54,061 nucleotides of DNA from a virus (lineage: Duplodnaviria > Caudoviricetes). The DNA lies in IMG/VR virus record IMGVR_UViG_3300041809_003422, positions 1-54,061 of that record. The stretch is one strand, 5' to 3'. Position numbers and translations under genes: made by a program. Shown here one piece after another: positions 29,171 to 40,300 of this stretch; position 1 is the stretch's first letter, and every line of letters starts with the position of its first letter. The notes under the pieces were generated by a model. That model had not been told where the DNA came from. It saw nothing but the letters and a program-made list of their open reading frames with translations, and did no database searches.

Positions 29171-29671
29171 ATGCTTTCGCTACAGGAGCTTACCGCTCTC
29201 ACCACGTCTGCATTCAACGAGACCGTCGATACGCCAATCGGCGTCGACAAGGACGGCGCCCCAGTCACGGTGCCTCAGCGCGGCGTCACGGTGCGCGAAT
29301 ACGTCCGCTACATCGTCCAGCCCTTCAAGTCGGTTCGGTCGACGCTCGTCGAACCGTTCCGTGCGGTGTCGAAGGGCGGCGCCGACATGTCGGAAGCGGC
29401 GATCATGCAGTCGCTCGACATGGCCGGCCAGATCGATCTGACGATCGATGAGGGCGAGGCGGTCAACGTCCGTCTGATTGCGCTGTCGACGATGGAGCCC
29501 GGCAAATACCAGGACCTCAAGGCGCGCGAGATTTGGGCGGCTAGTCAGGGCGACGAGGCGTACAACGCGCTGCTCTCCGCCGCGTCAAAGCTGACGATGG
29601 GAGCCGATCCCTCGGTTTTTTTCGACGCCATCCTGAAATCGATTCTGCCGCAGACGGCAGTCGCGACGTAA
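29171..29671 (+). CDS. Tail assembly chaperone (gpG-like)
   Basis: Between tube and tape measure; slippery T TTT TTC at 29617-29623. Confidence 0.82.
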   Translation: MLSLQELTALTTSAFNETVDTPIGVDKDGAPVTVPQRGVTVREYVRYIVQPFKSVRSTLVEPFRAVSKGGADMSEAAIMQSLDMAGQIDLTIDEGEAVNVRLIALSTMEPGKYQDLKAREIWAASQGDEAYNALLSAASKLTMGADPSVFFDAILKSILPQTAVAT

Positions 29672-29928
29672 GCGACGATCCTCTCTCGGAGTTCGTCGAG
29701 GACGAGGAATTGATCGGTCGGGACGCGCTGGTTGTGATGGTCAAACAGATAGCGCGACTGTCGGCGAAATACCCACAGGCCTACGACTGGACGATCGGCC
29801 AGGTGCGCTTCTACTCGCTGCTCGAAGATGAAAACGGCCGCATGGAGAAGCTGACGCAAGCGGAGGCAGTTCGGGCGGGCGGCGCCACGGTCGAGGACTG
29901 GAAGCGCTGGGTTAAGCAGACGGTGTGA
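29617..29928 (+). CDS. -1 frameshift extension of chaperone (gpT-like)
   Basis: -1 frame is open from the slippery site to TGA at 29928. Confidence 0.8.
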   Translation, partial: FFRRHPEIDSAADGSRDVSDDPLSEFVEDEELIGRDALVVMVKQIARLSAKYPQAYDWTIGQVRFYSLLEDENGRMEKLTQAEAVRAGGATVEDWKRWVKQTV

Positions 29929-29932
29929 GGCA

Positions 29933-32900
29933 ATGGCGAATCGGCGCGAGGTCAGCGAGCAGCGCACGATCTGGACCGCCGAGGGCGTCGACACTGTCGT
30001 TGCCGGGGCCCAGCGAATCTCTGCGGCCTCAGCGGTGGCGTTCCAAAAGACGACCGAGGCGGCCGGCAAACAATCGGCGCTTCTCGCGGCGTCTCTAGCG
30101 AAATCCAACAAAGCAGCGTTCGAAGCGGCGTCCTCAGCGTCCAAGGCCGCCGTGTCGGGCAGCGGCGACCGTCTGTCTGCGGTGGCGGCTCAACGCCGCG
30201 CCGCGGCCATGGCGGTCGCCGCGCGCGCCGCATCCAAGGCTGTCGCCGATGCCGCCAATCGCACGATCGAGGCCTCGACCTCGGCGTCCCTGGCGCGCCA
30301 GAAGGTCAAGATCGAGGCCTTTAAGGCTTCCCTACGCAAGGAACTCGCTGACAAGACGACGACTCCCGAGGGCGCCGCACAGCGGCTGCGCTATGGCATC
30401 ATTCAAGCGCGCGCCGAGGCCGCGGCCGAGATCGAGGCGGCGAAGAAAACTGTCGCTGGAAAGCTCGCCGCCGGCGCGCAGCATGACGCCTCGACGGTCG
30501 CCGCCGTCCGCAACGCCGCGGCGCAGAACGCCGCCGCCAAGGCCGCCGAAGCGGCGGCGAAGCGCCAGGCAGAGGTCCACAAGCAGGTCGCGCAATCCGC
30601 CGCCGCGATGTGGCAGGCGATGGAGAAATTTGAGCAGATCGCGGTCAAGGCCTTCAAGGCCGCTTATCGCGCGACGCGCACCTTCATTCGCGCCTTGTCG
30701 AGCATCGCGCGCGCCATCATTTCGCTGATCAAGCACCTCGACCGCATGGCGAAGGCGGCGCTGCACGCCGGCGAGAAGATGGCGTCAGCGATGCTTGGGC
30801 CGCCGTTGCACGCCGTGCATGCGCTCGATCACGCCCTTCTCGGAGTGATTCGTCGTCTGTCGCGTCTGGCGACGCATGAGGCGTGGCGCATCGCAAAATA
30901 CGGCGTCGGCGCTTACGTCGCCGGCAGCAGCGCGCTGGCCTATGCGGCCAAGGACGCCGTGACGACGACGCAGCAGCGGGCGATCGACGTGCGCGATCAG
31001 GCATGGGACGCCCGTATGTCGCCGCAGGAATTGCAGGCGATCACCGGCGCCGCCAAGGCGTATGGCGCGCCGGTCGACGAGATTCTCAAGGCCTATAACG
31101 CCTTCCGCCAGTCCGTCTTCACGGCGCAGAGCGATCCGGAATCGCCTCAGGCGCAGATGCTGGCCCAGCTTGGGATCCAGACGACCTATAACGCCGGCAT
31201 GTACAAGGTCGCCCGCAATCCGAGCGATCTGTTTACTCAGTTCGCCGGCCGCGAAAACAGCATGGGCTACTACGCCGCCATGCAGGCGAGCAACACGTTG
31301 CTTGGCGGCCCGGACGCCATGAAGAACCAGGGGTTCTTTGACTGGGTCGGCCAGCGCGGCCCGCTCGCCTATCGCGAGGGGTTGCAGCGCGAGCAGATGA
31401 TGGGGACCTATCTGTCGCCGGCCGATATTGCGCGCGCGCGTGAGTGGCGGGCGACGATCGTCGACGTCAAGGATGCCTTCCTCGGCGTCAAAGAGGCGAT
31501 TTCCAAGCAGGTCTACCCCACTTTCAAAGCGCTCGCCGACGTCGCCGTGTCGTTCCTGACGACCTATCGGACGCAGATCGCCGATTTTGTCGGCAACCGC
31601 GTCAAGGCTTTGGCCTACAATATCGCCCAGCTCGTCTGGATAATCCACAAGGAAGCTGAAGCCTATTCGAAGGTGACGGACAAGGTCGCCTCGAAGATGG
31701 GCGTCAACCTGCGGCCTGGCGCCGGCGGGACCGACGACACCGGCGCGCCACTGTCTGGCGACCAGTCGATTGAGACGTCGCAGCCGGTCATCTTGCGCGC
31801 CTACAATTGGTTCAACGCCAACATCCGCGGCAAGATGATGGCGACGCTGCATTCGATCGCGGCGGCGGCCAAGACGGCCTACGCGGCCGCCGCGCGCTTC
31901 CTGGCGGCGTTCGGCATCAATTCTCTCCAGACGGCGGTCGACAAGCTGGTCGCCGCCGGCCACGCGATGCATGTTTTCGGTCATGAGGCGATGCTGGCGC
32001 TAAAGGGCGACTACATGACGCTCGCCGCTGAGAACGCGCCGGTGTTCCAGCGCCTGGCGTCCTGGCGCAACGCGACGGTCGCCTATGTCAAACAGGCGAT
32101 TATCGACGTCCGCAAGGTGCTGTCAGGCGACGCTCTGACCGACGACTCGACCTTCGTCGGCCGCATGGCGCAGCGCATCAAGGATTTCGTCCAGGCGCTG
32201 CCTGGCTGGATCGAGAAGATTAAAGCGACGCTCAAGGGCGCATGGGATTACGTCTCGAACCTTTGGCACAATTTCGAGGACGTGCTGCACGGCAAGAAAT
32301 CGACAGACTTTCCTTGGATGAACAAGATCAAGGACTGGTTCGACCTGATCGCGAAGCGCGTCGAAACGGCCATGGGTTGGTTCGAGAAGCTGTTCGGCGC
32401 GATGGAGAAGCTGACGCAGTTCCTCGGCTTCGATCTTGGCAGCGCGCTGATGTTCATCGGCCTCTTGAATCTGACGAAGGTGTTGCAAGGCGTCGCATTG
32501 GTCGCCGGAACGGTGAAGACCACTTTGCAGGGCATTGCTGCGCTTGGCGGCGTCGGCGCGGTGTCAGGTGCTGCCGGCGCTGGTGCGGAGGCTGGGGCAG
32601 CGGGGATTGGGGCTGCTGGCGCCGCAGCCGGAGGAGCCGCCTTGTTGGGCCTCGGTGTGGCTGCGGCCGTTGGGGGAACGGCTGCCTATGTCGTCCATGC
32701 GGCTAAGCAAGACTATCAGGGTCGTGTCGACGCAGAGACCGAACGTGAGCAAGCAGCGGCCGGGAGGTCGCGTGCGTCGCAGACAGGATGGTTCGTCCAC
32801 GATGTCATGGAAGCCGTCCAGCAAGCCAAGGCGGTCGCCAACGCATCGGGCGCGCGCACCCACGACGAGTATCTGCAAAACGTCGTTTCAGCGTTCTCTC

Positions 32901-33043
32901 AAACCAAAGGCGGTCAAGAGGCGATGAAGCTCCACATCTTCCTCAACGGCTATCAGATCGAGCAACTGACGGCCGGGCAGGCCAAGGATTTGTATCTGAA
33001 TCCTGGCGGCCGGATCGTCCAGGACACCGGTTTCAGCTTCTGA
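29933..33043 (+). CDS. Tape measure protein
   Basis: 1036 aa, Ala-rich helical, periodic W/F. Confidence 0.9.
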   Translation: MANRREVSEQRTIWTAEGVDTVVAGAQRISAASAVAFQKTTEAAGKQSALLAASLAKSNKAAFEAASSASKAAVSGSGDRLSAVAAQRRAAAMAVAARAASKAVADAANRTIEASTSASLARQKVKIEAFKASLRKELADKTTTPEGAAQRLRYGIIQARAEAAAEIEAAKKTVAGKLAAGAQHDASTVAAVRNAAAQNAAAKAAEAAAKRQAEVHKQVAQSAAAMWQAMEKFEQIAVKAFKAAYRATRTFIRALSSIARAIISLIKHLDRMAKAALHAGEKMASAMLGPPLHAVHALDHALLGVIRRLSRLATHEAWRIAKYGVGAYVAGSSALAYAAKDAVTTTQQRAIDVRDQAWDARMSPQELQAITGAAKAYGAPVDEILKAYNAFRQSVFTAQSDPESPQAQMLAQLGIQTTYNAGMYKVARNPSDLFTQFAGRENSMGYYAAMQASNTLLGGPDAMKNQGFFDWVGQRGPLAYREGLQREQMMGTYLSPADIARAREWRATIVDVKDAFLGVKEAISKQVYPTFKALADVAVSFLTTYRTQIADFVGNRVKALAYNIAQLVWIIHKEAEAYSKVTDKVASKMGVNLRPGAGGTDDTGAPLSGDQSIETSQPVILRAYNWFNANIRGKMMATLHSIAAAAKTAYAAAARFLAAFGINSLQTAVDKLVAAGHAMHVFGHEAMLALKGDYMTLAAENAPVFQRLASWRNATVAYVKQAIIDVRKVLSGDALTDDSTFVGRMAQRIKDFVQALPGWIEKIKATLKGAWDYVSNLWHNFEDVLHGKKSTDFPWMNKIKDWFDLIAKRVETAMGWFEKLFGAMEKLTQFLGFDLGSALMFIGLLNLTKVLQGVALVAGTVKTTLQGIAALGGVGAVSGAAGAGAEAGAAGIGAAGAAAGGAALLGLGVAAAVGGTAAYVVHAAKQDYQGRVDAETEREQAAAGRSRASQTGWFVHDVMEAVQQAKAVANASGARTHDEYLQNVVSAFSQTKGGQEAMKLHIFLNGYQIEQLTAGQAKDLYLNPGGRIVQDTGFSF

Positions 33044-33053
33044 GTGATTCGTA

Positions 33054-33599
33054 ATGGCGAACCCCAACGACACCGGACTTGCTATGCTGACGATCCCCCT
33101 GGCGATGGGCGCTAGGCTTGGGATTCGTGAGTCGCGTTCGAACGTCAACGAGTGCGAGATTCTTCGCGATTGGAACGGCGGCCCGTTGGTCGTCGCCTCG
33201 CCATTTCCCAAGAAGGCGAAGATCAGCTTGGCGGCGTCCGGCCACGGCGTGCGGATCGAGCCGGCGTTCGATGGCGTCCAGATCGGCGACACGGTGACGC
33301 TCTACAGCCGCAAGACGAGCGTTGCCTTCATTGGCTCCGGTGGGAACACGGCAGTCTTGCACTGGCCGGTCGTACCAGGATCAAAGGTGGTGGCTACGAC
33401 CGTCGCAGGCAACAAGCCGGTGTCGATCAACGTATTTGTCTCAAACGGCCAGACCATCGCGTATCTGAATCCCAATGCGACAGAGGACGTAGTCGTCTCC
33501 TACTTCCCGGTGATCGATTGCATCATCAAGTCATGGGGCGGCTCCGCCGCGACGTCAGACGGAAATGAAGACTGGTCAGCCGAGCTTGAGGAGGTCTGA
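33054..33599 (+). CDS. Distal tail protein-like
   Basis: Follows tape measure; C-terminal DWSAELEEV. Confidence 0.7.
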   Translation: MANPNDTGLAMLTIPLAMGARLGIRESRSNVNECEILRDWNGGPLVVASPFPKKAKISLAASGHGVRIEPAFDGVQIGDTVTLYSRKTSVAFIGSGGNTAVLHWPVVPGSKVVATTVAGNKPVSINVFVSNGQTIAYLNPNATEDVVVSYFPVIDCIIKSWGGSAATSDGNEDWSAELEEV

Positions 33600-33601
33600 T
33601 C

Positions 33602-35839
33602 GTGACGACTCATGTCTATGGGATAGGAGGGGGCCGAACGTTCACGCGTATTGACGTGTGGACGCACTATTTCTCCTACCTGGAGACACTCGACGAGGTC
33701 TTGACCGACGCCCACCTTCGCAACGACGAGCAGGTCGTGTCCTGCACGATGCGCGCCGAGCGCGGCGGCGTGTGGACGGCGTCGCTGCGGATCAAGAATC
33801 CCGGACTGACGCTGTTCGCGCCTGGTCGGCAGATTTATTGCGCCATCATCGAGTCGCCCGATGGCACGATCGCCAACAGCCGAATTCTTGGCAAAGGACG
33901 AATCACTCCCGCCGTCAACGACATGACGGGGATGACGATCGATATCGAGGTCGTCTTCGCGCCGGCGAATCTGCGCGATCTGATCTGGCAGTTCTTGCTG
34001 TCGAGCAATCTGACGACCCTTCCGTGGTTCAATCCGGCCTACGACGATATCAGCTTCGACAAGCCCGAAGACGTCCTCAAGGCCTCTGGTCTGCTGCTGC
34101 ACGTCGACCCGGTGACGCACGTCATCTCGACCACCGATTCCCTGATCGGAGACGAGACCAACCTCGACAACAAATACGATTGGAAGAGCCTCAAGATCGA
34201 GACGAGCGGCGTCCCGCCAGTCCACCGTGTCAAGCTGCGTCTGGCGGTCGAGTGGACGCAGCACGCCCAGGGCGCGATCAACATCGCCCAGGCGCTGACC
34301 GATCCGACGACTGGCTGCATGGTGACGACGCTGTCGGGCGCCGTGTCGGATTTCATGCCGAATTCTATGCCGGGTCAGTATGTGACCTTCGCAAACGGCA
34401 CCGGGTGGACGCCAGACTATTCGCAGATCAGCGTTGATTACACTAAGTTTGGACCTTTCTATACGGGGAGAACTCGCCTCGTTCAGCAAACCCATTTCTA
34501 CTGGGCTTCCGACGCCAGCCATCAGGTCGTCGGCGGCGTCGACATGCCGGTGCCCGGTTATAAATCCGAACTGGTCGAGCAAGAGATCGACGAGTGCTGC
34601 TCGCTTTGGGGCTACAGCTACAAGTGCACGTTCGCCTGGTTCCGCTACGAATACACGCAGCAGCGTCGCGAGTTCGTGACGATCCTTTACGAATATCCTC
34701 TTCAGCCGGTCATCGGCACGCTCACTGAGCTTGATCTCGGCACGGTCAGTGTCACCGATCTGCTGACCAACTACCAGCCTAACCCTGCGCCTCCGCCGGC
34801 GTCGGACGCCTTCGGGAATTACGTCGCGCCGTGGGATCCCTTCATCGCGGTCCAGCCGTTCGACCCGTCGGCGATCTACATGACGGGCAATTTGGTGACG
34901 TTCGGCGACAACCTCTACCGCTGCACCGCCGACAACGTGCAGGGCAACTTCTATCAGCCGATCGGCGAGGGTCTGGCGGCCTACACCGGCCATCCGAATT
35001 GGATTCTGGTCGACCGGATTTCCGCGCTGTCGTCGCCGATCGCGCCGGCGTTTGTCGGCTCGTCTGCCGGCGGCATGTGCATAGAGCACGGCATCCTGCG
35101 GTGCCGCAACGCCGCGCGCGCCCGCTCGGAATATTTCACCGTCGCATTCGAGACGGATTGGGATCACGGCGTCCCTATCACTCTGCTCAATTCGGTGCGC
35201 ATCACGGCGCTGATCCGCACGACGGGCGTTGTCCAGCCGCTGCTCGGCAAGGTGCGCAAGATCGAGCGCGTGATCGATCCGATCAAGGGCAAACGCGTCA
35301 AGATCGAGATCGGCGTCTGTGTCGGCACCGGCTTCATGGGCTATCCGACGCCGGCGTTGATGGGCGATGCGTCGCCTGATTTTGCTGCATGGTTCAACGG
35401 CCAGACGACCGAGCTTTACGGAACCTTCAACTACTTCAACGGAGGTTGGCAGGGCTTGTTCCCAGGCCTGGCGGGCTTCACCGGCTACTATCCAGACTCG
35501 TCGATTCTTGGGTCGTTCGCGAACAATGACTACCTATGGACGGCCGCCAGCGACCCGGTGATCATTCCGGTTGACGCCTCTCAGCTTTCGAATCCAGGCT
35601 ACGCAGTGTGGAAGGTCGACCGCTACGGCACGGCGGCCGAGCAGTGCGCCGCGGCCACGTCTTACGCCATGTCCGGCATCGATCCGCGCGACGCGATCCG
35701 AGATAACCCGACGCATCTGGAGGTTTACATGCGCCCGCTGGTGAGCGAGGGCGTCATCCAGCGCAACGTCGACGTCGCCGCCGCCGCGACGGCGTCGGTG
35801 CGCGGCATTGATCTCTCGACGCCCGGAGGCGAGCCATGA
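33602..35839 (+). CDS. Tail tip/hub protein
   Basis: 745 aa, position after distal tail gene. Confidence 0.75.
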   Translation: MTTHVYGIGGGRTFTRIDVWTHYFSYLETLDEVLTDAHLRNDEQVVSCTMRAERGGVWTASLRIKNPGLTLFAPGRQIYCAIIESPDGTIANSRILGKGRITPAVNDMTGMTIDIEVVFAPANLRDLIWQFLLSSNLTTLPWFNPAYDDISFDKPEDVLKASGLLLHVDPVTHVISTTDSLIGDETNLDNKYDWKSLKIETSGVPPVHRVKLRLAVEWTQHAQGAINIAQALTDPTTGCMVTTLSGAVSDFMPNSMPGQYVTFANGTGWTPDYSQISVDYTKFGPFYTGRTRLVQQTHFYWASDASHQVVGGVDMPVPGYKSELVEQEIDECCSLWGYSYKCTFAWFRYEYTQQRREFVTILYEYPLQPVIGTLTELDLGTVSVTDLLTNYQPNPAPPPASDAFGNYVAPWDPFIAVQPFDPSAIYMTGNLVTFGDNLYRCTADNVQGNFYQPIGEGLAAYTGHPNWILVDRISALSSPIAPAFVGSSAGGMCIEHGILRCRNAARARSEYFTVAFETDWDHGVPITLLNSVRITALIRTTGVVQPLLGKVRKIERVIDPIKGKRVKIEIGVCVGTGFMGYPTPALMGDASPDFAAWFNGQTTELYGTFNYFNGGWQGLFPGLAGFTGYYPDSSILGSFANNDYLWTAASDPVIIPVDASQLSNPGYAVWKVDRYGTAAEQCAAATSYAMSGIDPRDAIRDNPTHLEVYMRPLVSEGVIQRNVDVAAAATASVRGIDLSTPGGEP

Positions 35840-36294
35840 GCAACCAACGCGCGCTGCTCAACACGATCATTGATGAGCGTCGGCGCGATCTGCGTCTGAC
35901 CGGTCGGCGCCCTGTGACGGCTCCGCCGCAGCAACTGATCCCCTATCAGCGCCCGCCGTTCGCGCCGGGTCCCCGCGTCGATTTCGCTGAGGTGTTTTTG
36001 GCCTATCCGGCGTGGTTTCAGCAGCCGAGGTTGTCGAATGAAGAATACTACGTCCAGGCCGACAGCAACCCTAAGGTCGGCCGCGATTGGGCCTATTCCG
36101 AGCAAGCCCATGGCAATAATTACGCCCCGTTCCTCACCGGCATCGGCGACCCGGCGCCGGAGCCGATCAGCACCGAGGCATCCCAGCCGCAGATGAATTA
36201 CGTGGCGACTGCCAACTCTGCGTTGACGATGGACCCTGCTTCCTACGGCGGCTTGAGTGACCCGACGCTCTACGCCCAGCCGACTTTGCCTTGA
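35836..36294 (+). CDS. Tail-region hypothetical protein
   Basis: ATGA overlap, GGAGG RBS. Confidence 0.7.
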   Translation: MSNQRALLNTIIDERRRDLRLTGRRPVTAPPQQLIPYQRPPFAPGPRVDFAEVFLAYPAWFQQPRLSNEEYYVQADSNPKVGRDWAYSEQAHGNNYAPFLTGIGDPAPEPISTEASQPQMNYVATANSALTMDPASYGGLSDPTLYAQPTLP

Positions 36295-36303
36295 GGTGAC
36301 CCC

Positions 36304-36957
36304 ATGACCGCTGATCAAGTCATTGCCCAACTGACGACCCTCCAGGCGACTGTGGAGGCGCTGCAAGCTGGCGCGGCGTCGCCGGCGCTCGGCTTCGCCA
36401 AATCGACCGACGGAAAGAGCCTGCTGGTGCAGCAGGGCGGCGTGACGGTGCAGACCATCACGCTGCCGACGTGGTTCAATTGGCGCAACACGTGGATCAC
36501 CGCGACGGCCTTCGCGCCTGGCGATGCATTCTATTCGAATGGGTCATCCTATTACACGCTGCTCCAGCACAACTCGACGACGATCGCCGCCGACCTGGCC
36601 GCCGGCAAGATCACGCCGATCGCACTCAAGGGCGCGCCGGGATTCAATTTCACCGGCACCTTCAACGTCACACGGCAATATTATATCGGCGATGCCGTGC
36701 AGTTGCTCGACGGCACGCTGAACGTCTACGTCGCCGTCTACCCGCCGCCGGTCGGCACGGCGCCGGCCGCTGGATCGGCATATTGGGGCCTCGCGATTGC
36801 CGCGCTGCCGCTGTCGTCGCACTGGATCAAGGACACCGGGCGCAACGATTATCTCGACTCGATCATCGCCGATATCTACGCGCAGCTTGCGTCAATGAAC
36901 GGCATCATCAACTCGATCAACAACAAATTGCATACGGCCGGAATCACCGGATTCTGA
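36304..36957 (+). CDS. Tail protein with carbohydrate-binding-like repeats
   Basis: NWRNTW...GDAFYSNGSSY and NFTGTF...YYIGDAV...AYW repeats. Confidence 0.75.
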   Translation: MTADQVIAQLTTLQATVEALQAGAASPALGFAKSTDGKSLLVQQGGVTVQTITLPTWFNWRNTWITATAFAPGDAFYSNGSSYYTLLQHNSTTIAADLAAGKITPIALKGAPGFNFTGTFNVTRQYYIGDAVQLLDGTLNVYVAVYPPPVGTAPAAGSAYWGLAIAALPLSSHWIKDTGRNDYLDSIIADIYAQLASMNGIINSINNKLHTAGITGF

Positions 36958-36962
36958 TGGCC

Positions 36963-36998
36963 TTGACGTTTGCGCGACGCCGACCGAGCCCCTTTGAC
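36963..36998 (+). promoter_or_regulatory. Putative promoter TTGACG-TTTGCG, leaderless transcript
   Basis: ATG exactly 36 nt from the start of TTGACG, no SD. Confidence 0.6.
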
Positions 36999-37325
36999 AT
37001 GACGTCGAAGGGGACCAACACACACAACTATTTCCAGCCTCGCTCGCTGGCCGGCGCCAGGCCGGAGTTGGTGCGTCTGATCCTCAAGGCGATCGGCGAC
37101 CTGCCCGCATGGCAGATCGAGAAGCGCATGCGCGTGCGCTTTACGCGGCGTGACCTTTACGAACTGCGCGAAGGCGCCGAAGACGGCCGATTCTCTTTTT
37201 CCAGGCTGGTCGTCATGGCGGAGAAGCTTGGCGTCAAGATCGATATCACCGCTTCTTTAGGACCCACGCCGGTCGAGAATCGTCCGCACGTCGACCGGCA
37301 CGAACTCGGTCGCAAGGTCGCCTGA
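36999..37325 (+). CDS. XRE-like HTH protein
   Basis: DLYELREG...RFSFSRLVVMAEKLGVKIDI. Confidence 0.65.
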   Translation: MTSKGTNTHNYFQPRSLAGARPELVRLILKAIGDLPAWQIEKRMRVRFTRRDLYELREGAEDGRFSFSRLVVMAEKLGVKIDITASLGPTPVENRPHVDRHELGRKVA

Positions 37326-40300
37326 CGACGCCGCCTGGATGAGCCGCGACCCCTTCTTGATCTCGCCGCGCGCCACTGCGCCGACCATCGTCGTCTCGCG
37401 GGCCGCGCATTCGCGGCTGCGGCGCTGCTCCAGCGTGCCGACGACCGCCTCGAATTTCACGTCTTGCGGGAACGGCTTCGCGGCTGTTCTGGAGCCGCAG
37501 ACCTCGATAACCTTGACGCCGGCGTCTAGGTCGACGCGGCGCTTGTAGCCGTGATTGGCGTTGATGATCCATGCCGCCGGGTCGTCGACGAAGGCTGGCA
37601 CATACGATTCTTTGTGGACCGTGACGCCGAGTGATTCGTCGATCAATTCGTAGACGTATTTGGCGAATCCCTTGCCGACGCGCGACTTGAGGCCGTCCTT
37701 GGTCATCGGTGTCAGCACCCGGTCGACGATTTCGAGCGAGCCAGCGCCGAGGTCTGGCGCGACGGCGGCGGTGGTGCGCGGGTCGGCGATGCGGGCTCTC
37801 CGGATCGCTTCGAAGGCCTCGGAATCCTTGGCGATATCGTCAATGTGGACGAGGTCGTCGACGATGCAATCCTCGGGGATCGAGGTGCCGAGCATGACAG
37901 CCAGCGGCGCTTCGCCTTCGCGGAAGACGGTGCGTAGGCGGCCGAAGAACTGGTCGATCTCTTCTTCGCGGTATTGCCGCTGGACAATGCTCGCCCAATG
38001 CCCCTGGTGTTTGGGGACAAGAATCACCTCGTCGACGCCGTCGCGCTTCTTGACGACGAGCGGCGCCATCAGCGGCCGAAGTTCCTTGCCGTCGTCGTCG
38101 AGCCCGTTGCCGTTGCGATCAATAGGTTCTTCGGGCTCCAGGTCGTCGTAAGTCAGCGCGCCGACGATGCCGTCGATAAACTGGATCGGCATGTCCATGC
38201 GGCCGACGCAGAGCGCGTAGGAGTGCAGCTTGGCGTCGTCGCGGCCGCGCAGGTCGCCGAAATGCATGTCGTCGACGTTATCAGTGTGGGCGTAGATCGA
38301 GTTCATTTCCGCCCGGATCGGCTTGGCGAACGCCTCGATGCCGCGACCGAAACCGAACATCAGACCCATCTTCGACCGCACCTGATTGACCTTGTTTTGC
38401 CGTATCGCGGCATAGAGGCCGCCGCGCGAGCCTCCTTTGTGCGCCGCCGGCGACAGCGACTGATTCGAGTAGGTGGAATCGATGACGGCAATCGTCCGCT
38501 GGTGCATCGCGCCTTTGACGCGGACGGTCTCGACCTTGCGGCCTTCCCACAGCTTGGCGATGATTTCTTCATGTCCGGAGGCGTCGAGCATCAGCGTCGG
38601 CAGCTTGCCGAAATTGTTCTCTTGGCGCCACGACAGACGCAGCGACGGATCGCCGCCGGGCCCGTTGACCCATTGTAGCCGCTTGTCGCTTTTGCCCCTG
38701 GCGCGTGGCGTGTAGCTGCCAAGAAGACCGGTTTCCTCGGCCAGGCGCAGGTGCGGCCGGTCGAACTCGACGGCCAGCATGCGCTCTTGCAGGATTTTCC
38801 ATGCCCGCCACTCTGCGGCGATCTTTGATCCCTGCGGCTGTTCGACGAGCTTTTTCGCGCCCATCAGCGTCATCCCAGGCGTCACCTTGCGATGGGCGTC
38901 CATGGCGTTCGAGCAGACCTGGATCGCGTCGGCGACAAGTTGCTTGCCGGTGATCGTCTCCTTGCCGCTGCCGAGAACGGTGTCGAGCAGCGCGACGGCG
39001 GGGTCGCCTTTGACGGCGGCGGCGCGCAGGACGACTTTGCATGCGTCGTCGTGGCCTCGCAGGATGTGCTCAGGCTGGATGCCGACCGCCTTCTGATGCT
39101 TCAAAGTGCGCGGTAGCGGGCGTGGAAGCTTGAATGTGTCGATCGGAATCGTCGTCGAGGCGACGAGTCCGGTCCATGCGCGCTCGTCGATCACGACGGC
39201 CGCGACCTCTTTAAGCTGCGCCGGGATTTTGGTGTCGAGGAACGCCGTCGGGCACAGCACCAGGTCGACATGTTCGATCTGCCGCTTCTGCATCTGATAG
39301 GGGCAGGTCTCATAGTGCGAGCAGTAGGTCGTCTCGCCGTCCTGGCCCTCGGATTCGCAGAGAGTCGACGTGCTGTAGCCGGCGCCTTGGAGGGTCGTGA
39401 TGATCTCCTGGCCGAGGGCGCATTTCCGCGCCTTGCCTTCCATGGTCATCACCCGCAGACCGGCTTGGCGAATTTGAACCGCCTCGCCCTCAAGGTCGTC
39501 GTCGCCGACGCCGGCGTAGCCCTTGACGGTGGTGATGTTCTTATAGGACGGCATCATCATCAGGATTGGCTTGCCGAGCCGGCCCTTTTCGGCGATCTGG
39601 TCGCGCAGCATCCTGACGAAAGCCGAGGTCTTTCCGGCGCCGGCCGGCGCGATCATCAGGCGCACCGTGTCTAGCGCCGCCTTGGCTTCGTCGTCCTCGT
39701 CGCGCACCGCCTTCCAGAGAAGATCGAGCCACGTCTGAATGCCGTCGACGACCTCGTCGCGAACGCGCGACGTCTCCGGGGCGCGGTCCTTCAATAGGGC
39801 GCGCTCGGCGCGCTTCTGCTCCGCCCCCTCAGTGATTCGTTCGACGACTTTGATCGGCGTCCGCTGGGCGACCGGGACCAGCAGCGCGGCGATATCCTCG
39901 TCGTCCGACGCCGTCGACACGGCGCTGACCGGCGTCGAGATCGTGCCGTCGTCGCCGCGATAGACGATGCGGGTCTTGAACTCGCCGCTGGCGACGCGGG
40001 CCATGGTGCGGCGCAGCTTCTCGGCGATCTGTCCGCGCAGCCGGTTATCCCAGCCGTCGAGCGATAGGTGCTCGATCGCCTCGGCCTCAATGGCTGCGGC
40101 GAGTGATTCGTATGACGCGTTCGGGTTGAACGCCGCCCAGTCTCCTACGCGGCGATTGATCCAGCCCTCACGGCCGTCGACCACCTTGCCTCCGACGATG
40201 CGGACGCCGCTGACAGCGTTGACGCCGGCCGGCTTGATCAGGTCGCCGACGACAATTGCGCGGTCGAGCGGCTGACCGGGTCCCGACGATGCCCGTGGCG

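Noticed and set aside
33500-35167. Long antisense ORFs (also 19441-20790, 24703-26070, 41653-42960, 44941-46182)
   Set aside because: Shadows of high-GC coding genes with no motifs or RBS
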